From a virus, in the IMG/VR virus record IMGVR_UViG_3300043773_000401, positions 50,818 through 114,817 of that record: a stretch of 64,000 bases of DNA. One strand, given 5' to 3'. Both the position numbers and the translations under genes were made by a program. Position 1 is the stretch's first letter. The number at the start of each line of letters is the position of its first letter. Below, in pieces: positions 1-12,300 of the stretch. The notes beneath the pieces were generated by a model that saw only the letters and a program-made list of their open reading frames with translations, did not search any database and had not been told where the DNA came from.

Positions 1-3000
1 CCAGATCTTTTAAGTTCTGTAGGTTCATATCCAGAAGATGCTACTTGGATAAGAGCTTCACCATGAAGTTTAGGTTTAACTAATCTCTTCATGATTAAAG
101 ATGCTATTGCATTTTCTATTTCAGTAGCTTGTAAAGATGCAGATAGATCACGTTGAATACCATTACCATCTGTTGTAGCTGCAATATAGTTTACAATGTG
201 ATTAGGAAGACCTTTATTATCTAAGTGTCTTCTTATCTTAGTTACAAACTTTTCAAAATTACCATCTTTAATATCATATACTTTTTTACCATTCTCATAT
301 GAGATAGTAAAGCCAAATTCTTCAGCAAGATTCTTTTCTAATCTGGCAGCTAATTTGTTAAGTACTTTTAGATAGTTACTGTATAATTTATATTTTTCAA
401 ACTTAAGTTTTTCATTCTCTGCTAAAGCTTCCCATTCATCTATTGTACCAGTATATCCAACAGGTACACCATTCTCCATCAAACCTAATGGTATTAACTT
501 CTTAAGCTGTGTAGATAAAGTTACTTTACCTTTAAACTCACTACCAGTTTCTAACTGATGTTTAAAATACTGAGGATAAACTGGATTTACTGTAAACTTA
601 TAATCAACATTAATAGTAGCTAATTGAGTTGTTTCAGTATCATAGAATTTATCATAAGCTGGTTTACCATTTTCAGTTCTAGAAGTAATAGATACCATCT
701 TAGAACCAGATATATATGTAGAGTAGTGAACATTCTGTTCTACCATTCTATTATGGAATGATTCTAACTTAGTTCCTTTTATTACTGCAGGGTTAAGTGG
801 TGTTAGTGAGAACTTATGAAATCCAAATACTGGGAAACCTTCTGTTGCTAATGGTCCCCACATCTGCATTTTAAGTGTTGGGAAGAAGTAATTAAATGTC
901 TTAGTATCTACATTCTTACCTGATAAGATAAGATCATATATACGTTGATGAGATGGTGTCCAGATACCAAGACCTTCCATAACTATTCTTATACCTGGGA
1001 ATGAGATATAACCTTGACCATCAGCCTCATTCATTTCTTCATAGTTCTTAAGATCTCTTTCAGCTCTTCTTTTAGCTTCCTCTAGCTCAATACCTTGTTC
1101 TAAACTTTCTTTTAGTTTAGCAGCATACATTGTATCATAGTAGATAGATCTTACATTAACATCTTCTACAATAGCTGTATTTATAACACCATTATATGTT
1201 GGAATTGCTGCAGGTCTATTACCAGTAAATACAGGAGAATTTATATAACTTCCAATAACATTCTTATGAACATTGATATAAGTTTCAAAACCAGGATCTG
1301 TTCTCATGAAGTTTCCAGTAGACTGAATACCTGTGTTTCTTTTATGAAACTCATTCTTAGAATGATTATAGTTTATAAAATCACCATAGAAGAAGAATAC
1401 TGATTCTAAGTTATGTATTAATTGGTTAACATAGAAAGCATTTGCAATAGCTTGTTTATTTTCACTATCATTTGATATACCTATTTGTTTACCAAATGAT
1501 TGTGTACGGTATCTATTAAATAAAGTATTAGCAGTCTTATTAGATATACCACCCATTAACTTTGCTATGCCTGTGTTGAACAGACTTAGTTTAGCATCAA
1601 AGTAGGTTAATAAATCCTCAGCTATTAGACCTTGTATATCAGCTCCTTTAGTTGCAAAGAATTTATCTACATCTGCTTGAGCTACATTATTATCTTTGAT
1701 AGCTTTTTTAATAGCTGCCATAGTATCTTCACTAAGCATATCTTTGAAGTCAACAAAGTCAGCACCTACTTCAGATATTCTTTGTCCACCAATAACAGCA
1801 TTGTATTCAGTAAACCTACTTGGATTAGGATCATTATTAATAGCTGTCATATATATAATCCTACTAATCTCATTGTATACTTTAGGTAACATGATATTAG
1901 TTACATTATTTTTCCAGCTTAGATCAGTGTCATCAAGTTTACTTAAGAATCTAGCAGGGTGAATATAAAACTTATCAGTGACTACAGAACCAGATAATTT
2001 ATCTATATCTACATATAGTTTCTCGGGCCCTGTTCTATATGTACTAGACTTATCACCAGCTTGAAGAGTGCTAGTAAATCCTCTTTGCATGAATGTTTCT
2101 ATATCAGATAAAATTCTTGTAGAGTTATCTGCACTAAAAGACTCAATACCCATTAAGAATATATCATGCTCATCAACTAATCTAGCACCAGATAAGTTCT
2201 CAATAACTAGTTTATTATCTCCTCTCTTATTACCGTTCTTCTCAAATAAGCTAGACATCCAAGTATGATTTTTTAACATTGGATTTCTAGACTTATCTAA
2301 GTGTGACATGTGAGGCATGGCTAGTAACTGTGATAAGTTGCTTACAGCATTAACCGGGTTAATCATCATAGTAAGAGACATGTTCTGAGAGTGCACATAC
2401 TGCATATTATTCTCAGCTGTCATAACCATAAAGGATACATTCTTACCAGAGAAATCATTCTCAATATTGGCTATCTCATTGAATGCTGTATTCTCATCTC
2501 TAAATAAAGATGATGCTACATTCTTATCATTTATAAAACGGATAACATCTTTACTTCTATCTAGCTCTTTGTTATAACCTAGAGCTTTACCTAGAGCATA
2601 TGCAATGTTTCTTAATTTCTTAGACTTACTTAGGGCATCTCTAACTTCTCTGCTATCTGTAAGGATTACACCAAAGTTATATAATGTTTGGTATGCATCT
2701 TTAGTAAGAGCTTTTTCTATATCACTTACTGCAGGATATGCAGATCTTAAAGCATTAGTATTAAGGTATCTTCCTTGTGAGTCAATAACTATATAAGGAT
2801 GTCCTGTAGATAAGTAGAAAGCATCATCTATTCTTCTCTTAGTCTGGAATACATTTCTACCAGATGTAGTCACTGTTGATTCAAATGTACCCTCAGCATT
2901 GTTATATGCTAGAGTAGTTCTGATAAGTTGAATATTAGTGATATTAAATGCACTTTGTACTACACTTAATAATGTTTGTTCACTCTGATCAGGGCTATCA

Positions 3001-6000
3001 GGATTACCTAAATAGCTTAAGAACTGTCTTACTTTAGCTCCAAGTCTAGTTTTTTCTTTAGCCTTTTCATTTAAGCGGGTTAAGATATCTGTAAGACCTA
3101 AGTTGTCTTCAAGTAAGTTAGCAAAGTCAAACCAGTTATTACCTAGACTATCTAGTTTTTCAAAACCTAATTCATCAGTAACAACATTACCAGATGCATC
3201 ATAGTCATTAATGAAAGATAGAATCCTATTAATTTCTGGTGCTGCCATATCAGATAATGATTTCTCATTACCTCTTTTATCATATGTAGTACTTTCATCT
3301 TTTGATTCTTCTTCTAGACTTAGTTTCTCATCAGCTGTTAAGAACTTAGTCTTCATTATATAGTAAGGAACTACTCCTTTCTTAGAATCTGCAGGACTCT
3401 CTTCATTTTCACCAAAGTTCTTTACTGTCCAATCTAACAGATCAGCTTTATAGTTTAGAGCTTGTAGTTCTTTAACCTGGTCTATAGTAAGTTTATCTGT
3501 ATCTTTAAACTTAGTTTGTATCTCATATAATACTAAGTTACGGTTAGCTTGAAGTTCTGCTTTTACCCTTTTAAGTACTACATTAAGAGACTCTTTATTA
3601 GATAAAAGTACAGTAGAAAACTTCTTAGTTTGACCAAGTAAGTTATAGCTAGCAACTAACTTAGCAATGATTGAGTTAATAGATGTAACTATCTTTTCTG
3701 AATCTTCATAAGACAGTTCTTCTTTTTCATCTACACTTAGGTTCTCAATAGTCTTATTATAAACTAGAGCTGAGTTAGACTGACGGAATGTATATTGATT
3801 TAGATTACCAACATACAAATTGTCATACATCTCTTTAACCATTGGTATAGAGTAAGGATCTATCATAACATCTTCTATGTTTGTACCATAGAATAATGCT
3901 GTTAAGAAATCCCATATCTTTTGGAACATTGATTTTCTAACTGGTGATTTAATAGTTCTCTTACCACCAGACATAGCAAACTTTCTAAAGTCTTCAGCTA
4001 AGAATTCACTAGGATCTACTGAAGGGAATTGTTTTCTTACTTCAGCATGTAGTGCTTCTTTCTGTGCAGGAGTTAAGAAGCTTTCTTCAAATCCATGCCA
4101 TGCTTCATGATATATATCTGTATAGTCTGATCCTTTGTATAAAGTAATAGCATTAGATACCCATGATGCTACAGCATTAGGGTTACTTGTATTTACTGCA
4201 TTGAATGCTTCTGTTACTGGCCACAAACTATTGAATGTAGTAGTAACAGTTTTAGCTTCACCTGTTTTAGGATCTATCTTTTTAACTGTAACTTTTTTAG
4301 TCTTAGCCCAAGCTTCAGCTGCATTAACTTTTTCTTGTAGTTCTTCTGCTGAGAGTTTTTCATTGAGAGCTTTCTGACTTCCAGTTTTATACTTAATGTT
4401 CTTTAAGATATCTAGGTCATTCTGTAAAGCTTCTACATTTAACTCTATAGGTTTTTCTTCTGCGGCTTCAGGAGTACGGATAGCTTCTACTTCTTCAGTA
4501 AGTGGTATAAATGATAAGTATCCATTAAGAGCCATTAACCTACCATTCTTAACTTCTAGTCTAGTATATGTATTAGCTTTAACCCAATCTTTATAGGGCA
4601 TAAAGTTAGATACAAGTGTTACCTGACCATCAACTGTTTTAAGTGAGAAGTCATTTACACTGATATCAGACTGAGCTAAATATTTACCATTAAGATTTTG
4701 TATTTCTTTTACTAGTAGAGTATACTTACCATCTTTAAATAATAGACCATCAGAAGTATAAGGTTTAATAATCATAGACTTATCTCCTGTCTTAGTAAGT
4801 ACATAGTTAGTATTATCTAGTTTAAATAACATAGACATACCTTTCTTGATACCTAAGGCTTTATCCATCTTAGCATCATAGAAAGTATAACCGTCCCCGG
4901 AGAATAAACTAACATGGTTAGCTTTAATGCTAGCATCTAGTTGATTGTTTATTTCAGGATTTAGAGTAGGTAAAGAAGTTGTCTTATCAAAGCTTTCAAA
5001 TACTGGAAGCTTGCTATATTGTTTAACATTTACTTCTTTAGGATATTGAAACTGTCCTTTTAGACGGTTGTATAAGATATCTCTAGTAGCAGGATCAAAT
5101 CTATTATATGTAGTACCGTCTATTGTGATCTCTGTATCAGTCATGTCATCATAGTTGATACCTTCTTTTCTAGAGAATACAAATAGGTTTAGTAATTTGA
5201 TAATTGCATATGGACTTAACTGTTTACCAGTCTCATCATATACTGGAGTAGTTACTAAAGTAACAATATCATTTATCTTAGCATCAGATAATGGTTGAGT
5301 TTGTACTTCAATAGGTTCATCCATGTATGGTACTTGGATATATACTTTACCTTCAGTGTCTGGAGTAGTAGGATTAAATACTTCTGCAATCTCTGTAAAG
5401 TAAGTTTTCTTATCTGTAAAGTTCCTAAGCCCCTTACTACCACCTATGATTTTAGATTTAACTCTTGCACCTGGGTTCTTAAGAATATGATTAATGATAA
5501 GATCTAATGTTTCTTCATCACGTTGATAAATCTCATTAGCTTCAGCCAGTGCTTGCTCAGGTGTAAGATATGGTTTATCTCTAAGAATAGTCTTAGCAAA
5601 CTCTTGAGGTGTTTGTCTTTTAGTAGGATCTTGTGTTCTTACGTCAAAGAATTCTATGCGGGCAGATGGTTCAGATATATCTACTATCTCATTATTACTA
5701 TTGAAATATAAAGCATTACCATCAACATCAGTTAGTACATTTACTATTCTGTCTTCAGTACCTGCTGGCATTTCATAGTTTGGTATCTCAGATAGCATAC
5801 TCATGGTTAAGTATATACCACCAGGTACAACTTCTGTCTCAGAGCTGTCATTATTAGACTTCTCTATTATACCAAGGATGTTATTGATTACTTTGTATTT
5901 AGGATCTTCAGGATCTGTCTGTGCTCCTGTTGTAGTAAATAAATTACTAGGTCTTCTGCTTAATGGAACTCTTACTATTTTCTTGCCAATAATAGCTTGT

Positions 6001-6368
6001 ACAGATGGGCTTTCTGGTCTTTCTGTAAATACGGGCTCATCTTTTTTAGTAGCAATGTTAAGTATCTTAGATAGAAAGTCAGGATCTTTTTCAATCTTAT
6101 CTCTTAGCTCTATAAGCTTAGCTGCATGTGGGGCAATACTATCGGATATAGTTTTATCACTAAGTAAGCTAATTAATGCAGATGGAGTATTATAGGTATA
6201 GAATAATGCATATTGTGGATTAGTACCAAATTCTATAAAGTTATTATAGACATGTCTTAAGAATGTTTCTGGATTAGTTATCCCTACATTCTTTACAGTC
6301 TTATATATACTGTTACGTAATTTAGCTTTTATCTGAGGTAATTGTTCATCTGAAAATCCACAAAACAT
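1..6368 (-). CDS. Giant virion-packaged RNA polymerase protein (beta-like region plus zincin-like domain); 5' part only, runs off the window
   Basis: Not in the ORF track because it is truncated. ATG at 6368 (MFCGFSDEQLPQ...); sampled segments are in frame down to position 3 (...GYEPTELKRS). Contains YHEAWH...EFLAEDFR (~3985-4115, zincin) and EADGQGYISF (~1010-1030), followed by LKMQMWG, HKFSL, KHQLE...STQLKKL and KPKLHG...IQV, which resemble crAss-like RNAP motifs. Position downstream of the tail and cargo genes fits. Confidence 0.8.
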   Translation of the reverse strand, partial: MFCGFSDEQLPQIKAKLRNSIYKTVKNVGITNPETFLRHVYNNFIEFGTNPQYALFYTYNTPSALISLLSDKTISDSIAPHAAKLIELRDKIEKDPDFLSKILNIATKKDEPVFTERPESPSVQAIIGKKIVRVPLSRRPSNLFTTTGAQTDPEDPKYKVINNILGIIEKSNNDSSETEVVPGGIYLTMSMLSEIPNYEMPAGTEDRIVNVLTDVDGNALYFNSNNEIVDISEPSARIEFFDVRTQDPTKRQTPQEFAKTILRDKPYLTPEQALAEANEIYQRDEETLDLIINHILKNPGARVKSKIIGGSKGLRNFTDKKTYFTEIAEVFNPTTPDTEGKVYIQVPYMDEPIEVQTQPLSDAKINDIVTLVTTPVYDETGKQLSPYAIIKLLNLFVFSRKEGINYDDMTDTEITIDGTTYNRFDPATRDILYNRLKGQFQYPKEVNVKQYSKLPVFESFDKTTSLPTLNPEINNQLDASIKANHVSLFSGDGYTFYDAKMDKALGIKKGMSMLFKLDNTNYVLTKTGDKSMIIKPYTSDGLLFKDGKYTLLVKEIQNLNGKYLAQSDISVNDFSLKTVDGQVTLVSNFMPYKDWVKANTYTRLEVKNGRLMALNGYLSFIPLTEEVEAIRTPEAAEEKPIELNVEALQNDLDILKNIKYKTGSQKALNEKLSAEELQEKVNAAEAWAKTKKVTVKKIDPKTGEAKTVTTTFNSLWPVTEAFNAVNTSNPNAVASWVSNAITLYKGSDYTDIYHEAWHGFEESFLTPAQKEALHAEVRKQFPSVDPSEFLAEDFRKFAMSGGKRTIKSPVRKSMFQKIWDFLTALFYGTNIEDVMIDPYSIPMVKEMYDNLYVGNLNQYTFRQSNSALVYNKTIENLSVDEKEELSYEDSEKIVTSINSIIAKLVASYNLLGQTKKFSTVLLSNKESLNVVLKRVKAELQANRNLVLYEIQTKFKDTDKLTIDQVKELQALNYKADLLDWTVKNFGENEESPADSKKGVVPYYIMKTKFLTADEKLSLEEESKDESTTYDKRGNEKSLSDMAAPEINRILSFINDYDASGNVVTDELGFEKLDSLGNNWFDFANLLEDNLGLTDILTRLNEKAKEKTRLGAKVRQFLSYLGNPDSPDQSEQTLLSVVQSAFNITNIQLIRTTLAYNNAEGTFESTVTTSGRNVFQTKRRIDDAFYLSTGHPYIVIDSQGRYLNTNALRSAYPAVSDIEKALTKDAYQTLYNFGVILTDSREVRDALSKSKKLRNIAYALGKALGYNKELDRSKDVIRFINDKNVASSLFRDENTAFNEIANIENDFSGKNVSFMVMTAENNMQYVHSQNMSLTMMINPVNAVSNLSQLLAMPHMSHLDKSRNPMLKNHTWMSSLFEKNGNKRGDNKLVIENLSGARLVDEHDIFLMGIESFSADNSTRILSDIETFMQRGFTSTLQAGDKSSTYRTGPEKLYVDIDKLSGSVVTDKFYIHPARFLSKLDDTDLSWKNNVTNIMLPKVYNEISRIIYMTAINNDPNPSRFTEYNAVIGGQRISEVGADFVDFKDMLSEDTMAAIKKAIKDNNVAQADVDKFFATKGADIQGLIAEDLLTYFDAKLSLFNTGIAKLMGGISNKTANTLFNRYRTQSFGKQIGISNDSENKQAIANAFYVNQLIHNLESVFFFYGDFINYNHSKNEFHKRNTGIQSTGNFMRTDPGFETYINVHKNVIGSYINSPVFTGNRPAAIPTYNGVINTAIVEDVNVRSIYYDTMYAAKLKESLEQGIELEEAKRRAERDLKNYEEMNEADGQGYISFPGIRIVMEGLGIWTPSHQRIYDLILSGKNVDTKTFNYFFPTLKMQMWGPLATEGFPVFGFHKFSLTPLNPAVIKGTKLESFHNRMVEQNVHYSTYISGSKMVSITSRTENGKPAYDKFYDTETTQLATINVDYKFTVNPVYPQYFKHQLETGSEFKGKVTLSTQLKKLIPLGLMENGVPVGYTGTIDEWEALAENEKLKFEKYKLYSNYLKVLNKLAARLEKNLAEEFGFTISYENGKKVYDIKDGNFEKFVTKIRRHLDNKGLPNHIVNYIAATTDGNGIQRDLSASLQATEIENAIASLIMKRLVKPKLHGEALIQVASSGYEPTELKRS

Positions 6369-6385
6369 ATTCTATAGTATTTTAA

Positions 6386-9300
6386 TTATAAACCACAATC
6401 ACTTGGTAGATCAGAGTCATCTGGATCAGCTGGTCCATTAGGGAAGTCTGAATCATCTTTTGATATACCATCTTTAGTTTCTGAATCAAATTTAATATTT
6501 TTTCCTGAAGCTTGCTTCATTTTAGTCTCAATTAATTCAGAAAGAAACTTAGTATCTATTGTTACCATATTTTTTGCTCTTTCCGCAATGTATTCAGCAA
6601 CCTTATCTTTTATCTCTGTAAGTTTAGCAATATCACCTTCGGCTTCTCTTACTTGTTTAGCAAAGTCAAGTATCATTTGAGAGTCAGCTTTACTAACTTG
6701 CATAGCCTCAGTAACTTCTGCTTGACCAGTTAATACATTAGCTAGGTTATTAGAGCTTGCTACACCACCTATTCTAATTACTTTTTGTTTTTTAGTAGGT
6801 ACAAATACTGATTCAGCTGCTCTATATTTTGCTAGTGTACTAGTAATTTCTTCTGGAGTGTTACCTCTAACAGCCATATGATTCATAAAGTCTTGATCTT
6901 CAGAAGATATAAACAATACATCTAGAGCTTTCTTATATGTAGGAGTATCTATAAAAGCATATGTTCCTGTAAGTATGATCTTATCTGGGTTATCTGCTTT
7001 AAGTTCTTTCATTTTACGGAATGCTTCAGAATAGAAGGTCTTGTTCTTAAGTGCACCAGTGGCAAGTCTATCATAGATAGCTTTACCTATATTATTTCTT
7101 TCTAGGTCAGTAAGTACATCTCCTGTTTGTTCTTCTATCAAGTCAGCTAGTACTTGATCCATATCTATAATAAGACCAGGGAACATTCTTCCTAGTGTAG
7201 TTTTACCAGTACCCGGAGTAGCATATATAATTTTACCTATATACTCTGGCTTAATAGCTACTTCAGTTGTACCTTGAGTACCAGTTACTGGCTTAGTTTC
7301 TAAAGCATCTAGTTCTGCATCATATTTAGCATTGATTTTATTAATTACTTCTTGTTCTGTTTTAGCTTCTATTTTTTCTACAATATTCCAATTAGTAACT
7401 CCATCAAAACTTGGAGGATAATATAACATAGCATATCCTGTAATACGTTTTGCACCTGTTTTAACATCTGTTTTTGTTTGAGGAACTACTTTACTTAAAC
7501 TTCTTTTTTGTCTTAATTTAATACTTTCTTTTAATGTTTCTATTTCAGCTTTTTTATCTTGTATATCAGTAGTAGGAGTAACAGGTACTGGTCCTTTATT
7601 ATATATTTCTAGGATCTGATCACTAGTAAGTGCTGTTACCTGTTCTGCTGTAAGACCATAAGCTTCTGGAGATTTCTCAAGTGCTAGTCTAGCTTCTACT
7701 ACTATTGGGGTTTCTGTAACCTCTGTAACTTCTGGTTTAGGTATACCAAGTATTTGGAAGATATCTCTTGAGCTATCTATAATAATAGTCTTATCATCAG
7801 CTTTATCAGGATTAGAACTTCTTTTAACAGATGTATAAGATCTAGTTTTAATATCAAATGTAGCTTCTAAAGGAAGTACTAATATTCTTTTAACTTCTAT
7901 ACCTGTTCTTTGCTTAAGTAATTCTCTATATGCATTAAGTTGTATCTCATCAGCTTTAGTCTTATCAGGAGTGTTAAATCTGTTTACTCCTTCTTCTGTA
8001 GTTTTAAGGTCAATGATAAATACTTCTCCCTCACTATTTACTGCAAGCATGTCTATAGTACCAGCTCTCTTACCTTTAATCTCACCATATAATGTAGGTA
8101 CATTAGTAAGAAGTACAAATCCTTTTTTCTTTAATGTAACACGGATATCTTTAAGTACTACATATAGTTGTTTATAAAACTCTGGTGTTGTATTAAGGTT
8201 AGAGAAGTCTTCTCTTGTTTCAGGATTAGATGAATTTCTTTTTTGCTCTAATAATTCCATAGCTTTTCTATAGAATTGATCTAGAGATGTAATAGTAGAA
8301 TCTGGATCTAAGTATTCTCTAAGAAGGTCATCTATATGTGTACCTCTAGCAGTAGCTGCTTTAAGTTTGTTGGCTGTACCTTTGAACTCTGGTTTAAGAT
8401 CTGATACTCTACCATACTCATTATCATCTTCATCAACATATACACTTTTAACTTTACCATCAGCATCTGTTATAGTTTTAAGTTGTAAAGGTTTGCTAGT
8501 AAGAGGTAGTAATCTTTTCTTTATATCCATCATGATAACACTTCTCTTTGTAGCTACTTCTGAGCTAGGTTCAAAGATCATATTATCAATAATTGTATTC
8601 TGGTCTTCTTCAGGCATTTTAGATATCTGGTCTTCAGAATATCCTAGATCTTTTAGAAGTTCTACTTTCTCAGCTGGGGTCAGAGAAAGAATCTCACCTG
8701 GTGTAGGTTCTTCCATCTTCTGAGTTCTTAATGCATATCTTTGTAAAAGAGGTGGGATATTAGGAGAGCTCTTATAAAACTCTACATAATCTGAAGCTCC
8801 ATTTGCCATTGCTTCTGCCTGCATCTCTGCAAGTAGATCATTAGGTAAAGTATCAAACTCTTCATTCTTAATAGCATTGGTAAGATTTTCTACAGATGTT
8901 ACATCTAGTTTAGTTACTATTCCACCGGGAGATGGAGCAGCAAATATTCTAGAACTAATAATATCTACAGCTTCTTTTACTAAAGAGCCATCTATATCAC
9001 CTCTTATTAATTCTCTTAGTACTTGTTTAAATGCATCAAATAGTTCTTGGAATAAAGATTTATATGCAGGCTTAGTACTTTTAATTAATGCTAGTAATGC
9101 TTGGAATCTAGGATTAGTCATAGCCTCCGTCATAAACTCTTCAGGAGTAGACAATCCTAATGGTTTTATCTGATATAATGCAGCATATTTTTCTTTGTTT
9201 TCTTCTAAGGCAAACCAGTTATTAGCATTCTCAAACATTCTATCAATCTCTTCTTTAAAAGCAGAGTCTTTAGAATATTCTGTAGTTAATATAGATTTAA

Positions 9301-12300
9301 GAACTTCACGGATAATAACTCTCTCCATAGGAGTATTAGCATTATTAAATTCTGCTGCTCCATATCTTAAGTCTATTTGTATACCAGTTGCAACTCCTGT
9401 AGTTCCTGGTTGTGTTAATCCAGTAACAAAGTTTACAGTTGTATCTGGTCTTACTATAGGTATAAGTAGTCTTGCAAGTAATGCTTCTCCTTCTGTAGCT
9501 TGTGGACTAGCTAGTATTGCAGCTAGTACATCCTTAGCACTTTTAGCAGTAGATACTTTAGGGTCAACACCAAATGTAGCAGCTAACTGAGCTAGAGTTC
9601 TGGTATCTGAAGCATCTTTTGTAGCAAAACTTTCATCAAATTCACCAGCAGGTCTTCTTTCAATAATAGTCTTTTGCATTAAAGGTCTGCCTATTTCACG
9701 TTCATGTTCAGCAATAAGCTCTAATGCTTTATTATATTTTTCAATTATAGCAGGATCATTAGATGCAGCATTTACTTCTACATAATCACCTTTATCTATA
9801 TCTGCTGGTATTAGTAAAAACTTAGGCATTCTACCTGCTCTGAAGTCAGCTACACTATCTGGGTCTAAGAACATTCCATTATCAAATAGTTTCTGGAAAA
9901 ATTTATTAGTAGATAGTATCTTTTTAAATTCTAAGTAGCCTTCTTTAAGATATGTTTTACGATTAGCAGCTACATCTTTTAATATGTTAGATAGTCTTTC
10001 TACATGCTCAGCAAAGTTTCTAGGATTAGATAAAATGTTTACTGCCGTTACAGCAGACCTTTGATCTTGTTTAAGAGCATAGAAGTCAATTAGTTTTTGT
10101 AAGCTTTCTTCTAGGTTATCATCTAGTAATGACTCATCTTCTTTAGCTGCCAATTCTTTCATGTAACCAAAGTAAGCTTCTTTTAAATTGGCTACTGAGT
10201 TATTAAGAAGCTCATTATCTTTTTCTGTTTCATAGTCTAAGAATTCTTCTCTTGTCATAGAAAGAATCTTATCATATTCTTGAGTCTGCTCAGTTAGTCT
10301 TTGCTCTAATGCACTAATATAGCTTTTATTAGCTTCAATAGCATCTTCTATTTCTTTTCTTTTAACTGGATCAGTTTCTGTTTCTAAGTCTACTTCTAAC
10401 TCATCAATTATAAGATTAGCTTGATCTATATCCTGAGTAATTTCTTTTGATGTAGTTTCTCTTTGTTCAGATAGTTTTGTTCTGAATTCTTCATCTGTTT
10501 TATATTTCTCAGATAATTCAGCAGCACGGGTATCTTTTGATTCTAATCTAGCTCTTATATCAGATAGTGATTTGATAGAGTTATACATTTTAGATAATCT
10601 ATCATACTTAGCTTGTTTTTCTTTAGCTTGTTTTTTCTGTTCAGCTGTAGCTTCCTTAGATGAATAAGCACTTATCTCTGAAGATAGAATACCTAGTTCA
10701 TTAGATATGAAACCTAAATCAAAAAGAATACTTACATCGGTAGCTTTAATTTTTTTACCACCAGGACTAGCAACTACTTCATTAAGCATTGTTTCCATCC
10801 TATCAGCTATTCTTTCAATATTATAGTTATTGAATGTAAAGTGTAATCTAGCTATATCATATGCTCTTCCTGTTATATTATCTTTAGGAAAATCATATCT
10901 ACCATATTTGTTATTAAAGTAGTTCCAGTTACTTATATACTTCTCAGCATTAGTAATAGTATTTTCTAATCTTTTTCTAACATTAGCACCATCTTCTTGT
11001 TCTGGTTTTGCTTCAATTGCTTGTAAGAGTTCATCATCAGTTAGATCTCTTAAACTTTTGAGCTGATCTAAGATTATATCTGCTTTATCATTAGCTAGTA
11101 ATGTATGTATATGAAGTGCAAGAGAAGCATCTTTACCATCATGGAATCTTTTTGCATCACCTAGTTCTGCAGCTGTCTGCATTTCTAATGCTAGATTCCT
11201 TTGTTCTAAAGCATTCTGTTCTATAAGAGAGAAGATCTCTTGAGGTGTTGAGCCACTCTTTTGCATCTCAACAGCATTCATTGCTTCTATAAGATTATCT
11301 AAAGCTTTATCTCTAGCTTCTTTTTCTTTCTTAAGAGCTTCTTTGTTTTGTATTTCTACTCCTAAAATCTTATCAGGTCCATACTTTTGATAAATAGAAA
11401 CAGGTGCTTCAAAAACTACTTTTTGAGTAACTTGTGATAAACCACCCATTAATAAACCAGATAGGAATACATCTAATCCTTGTGCAGACATTTGACTTTC
11501 TACACCAGCACCAAATGCTTTTAACATAATTTCTTTATTACCAGCTAGCTGAGGATTCTTGTATATAGATGAGTAGTAATCTTTTATTGCTACTGATACT
11601 CCTTCTTGATAAAGTTCTTGTACACCCTCAATATAATTAGCTGCACCATATCTTAATAGTCCACCAGTTCCAGCTAATCCAGCTTGTTTATAAAAAGCTC
11701 TTTTAGTTAAAAGTCCTAATCCTCTTTCATATGCTTTATAGGCATCAGTACCTAGTTTTTTCCAATCATTATTTTTAAGAATTATTTTACCAGCTGTTTG
11801 TAATCTAGTAAAGTTAAATCCTTTTAATGCTTTATCTAATACAAGCTTATTGCTATATAAGATAGCAGGTATATTGGCTAGTGTTGTTTTATCACCAGCA
11901 GTCTTAGCATTTTGATATATTTCTTTTGCAGCATCACTTTCAGCATCTGGTATTCTTCCATTCTGTTGATAGTATTCATGCATGAGTTTATCAAACTGAT
12001 CTTTTTGTACAAATCCACCTTCTAGTTTAGCTTCATCAAAAGCAGCATTAATCATCCTCATATCTCTATAGAATGCACCAAAGCCTTTTCTTAACATTGC
12101 TGCATCAGATAGTTTATCTACATGTTTTAGTTGATTAAAACCTCTTATATAATCTGTTGTTTGTTCTAAAGGGTTAAAAAAGTCTAGAGCAGCTCTACCA
12201 GCTCCTGCTCCAAATGCTTTAGCTCCTGCAAAAAAGTTTCTAGCAGTAGATACATCTCTAAGAGTATGTACAGTTTGTTTTAAGGACTTAACTCCTTTTA

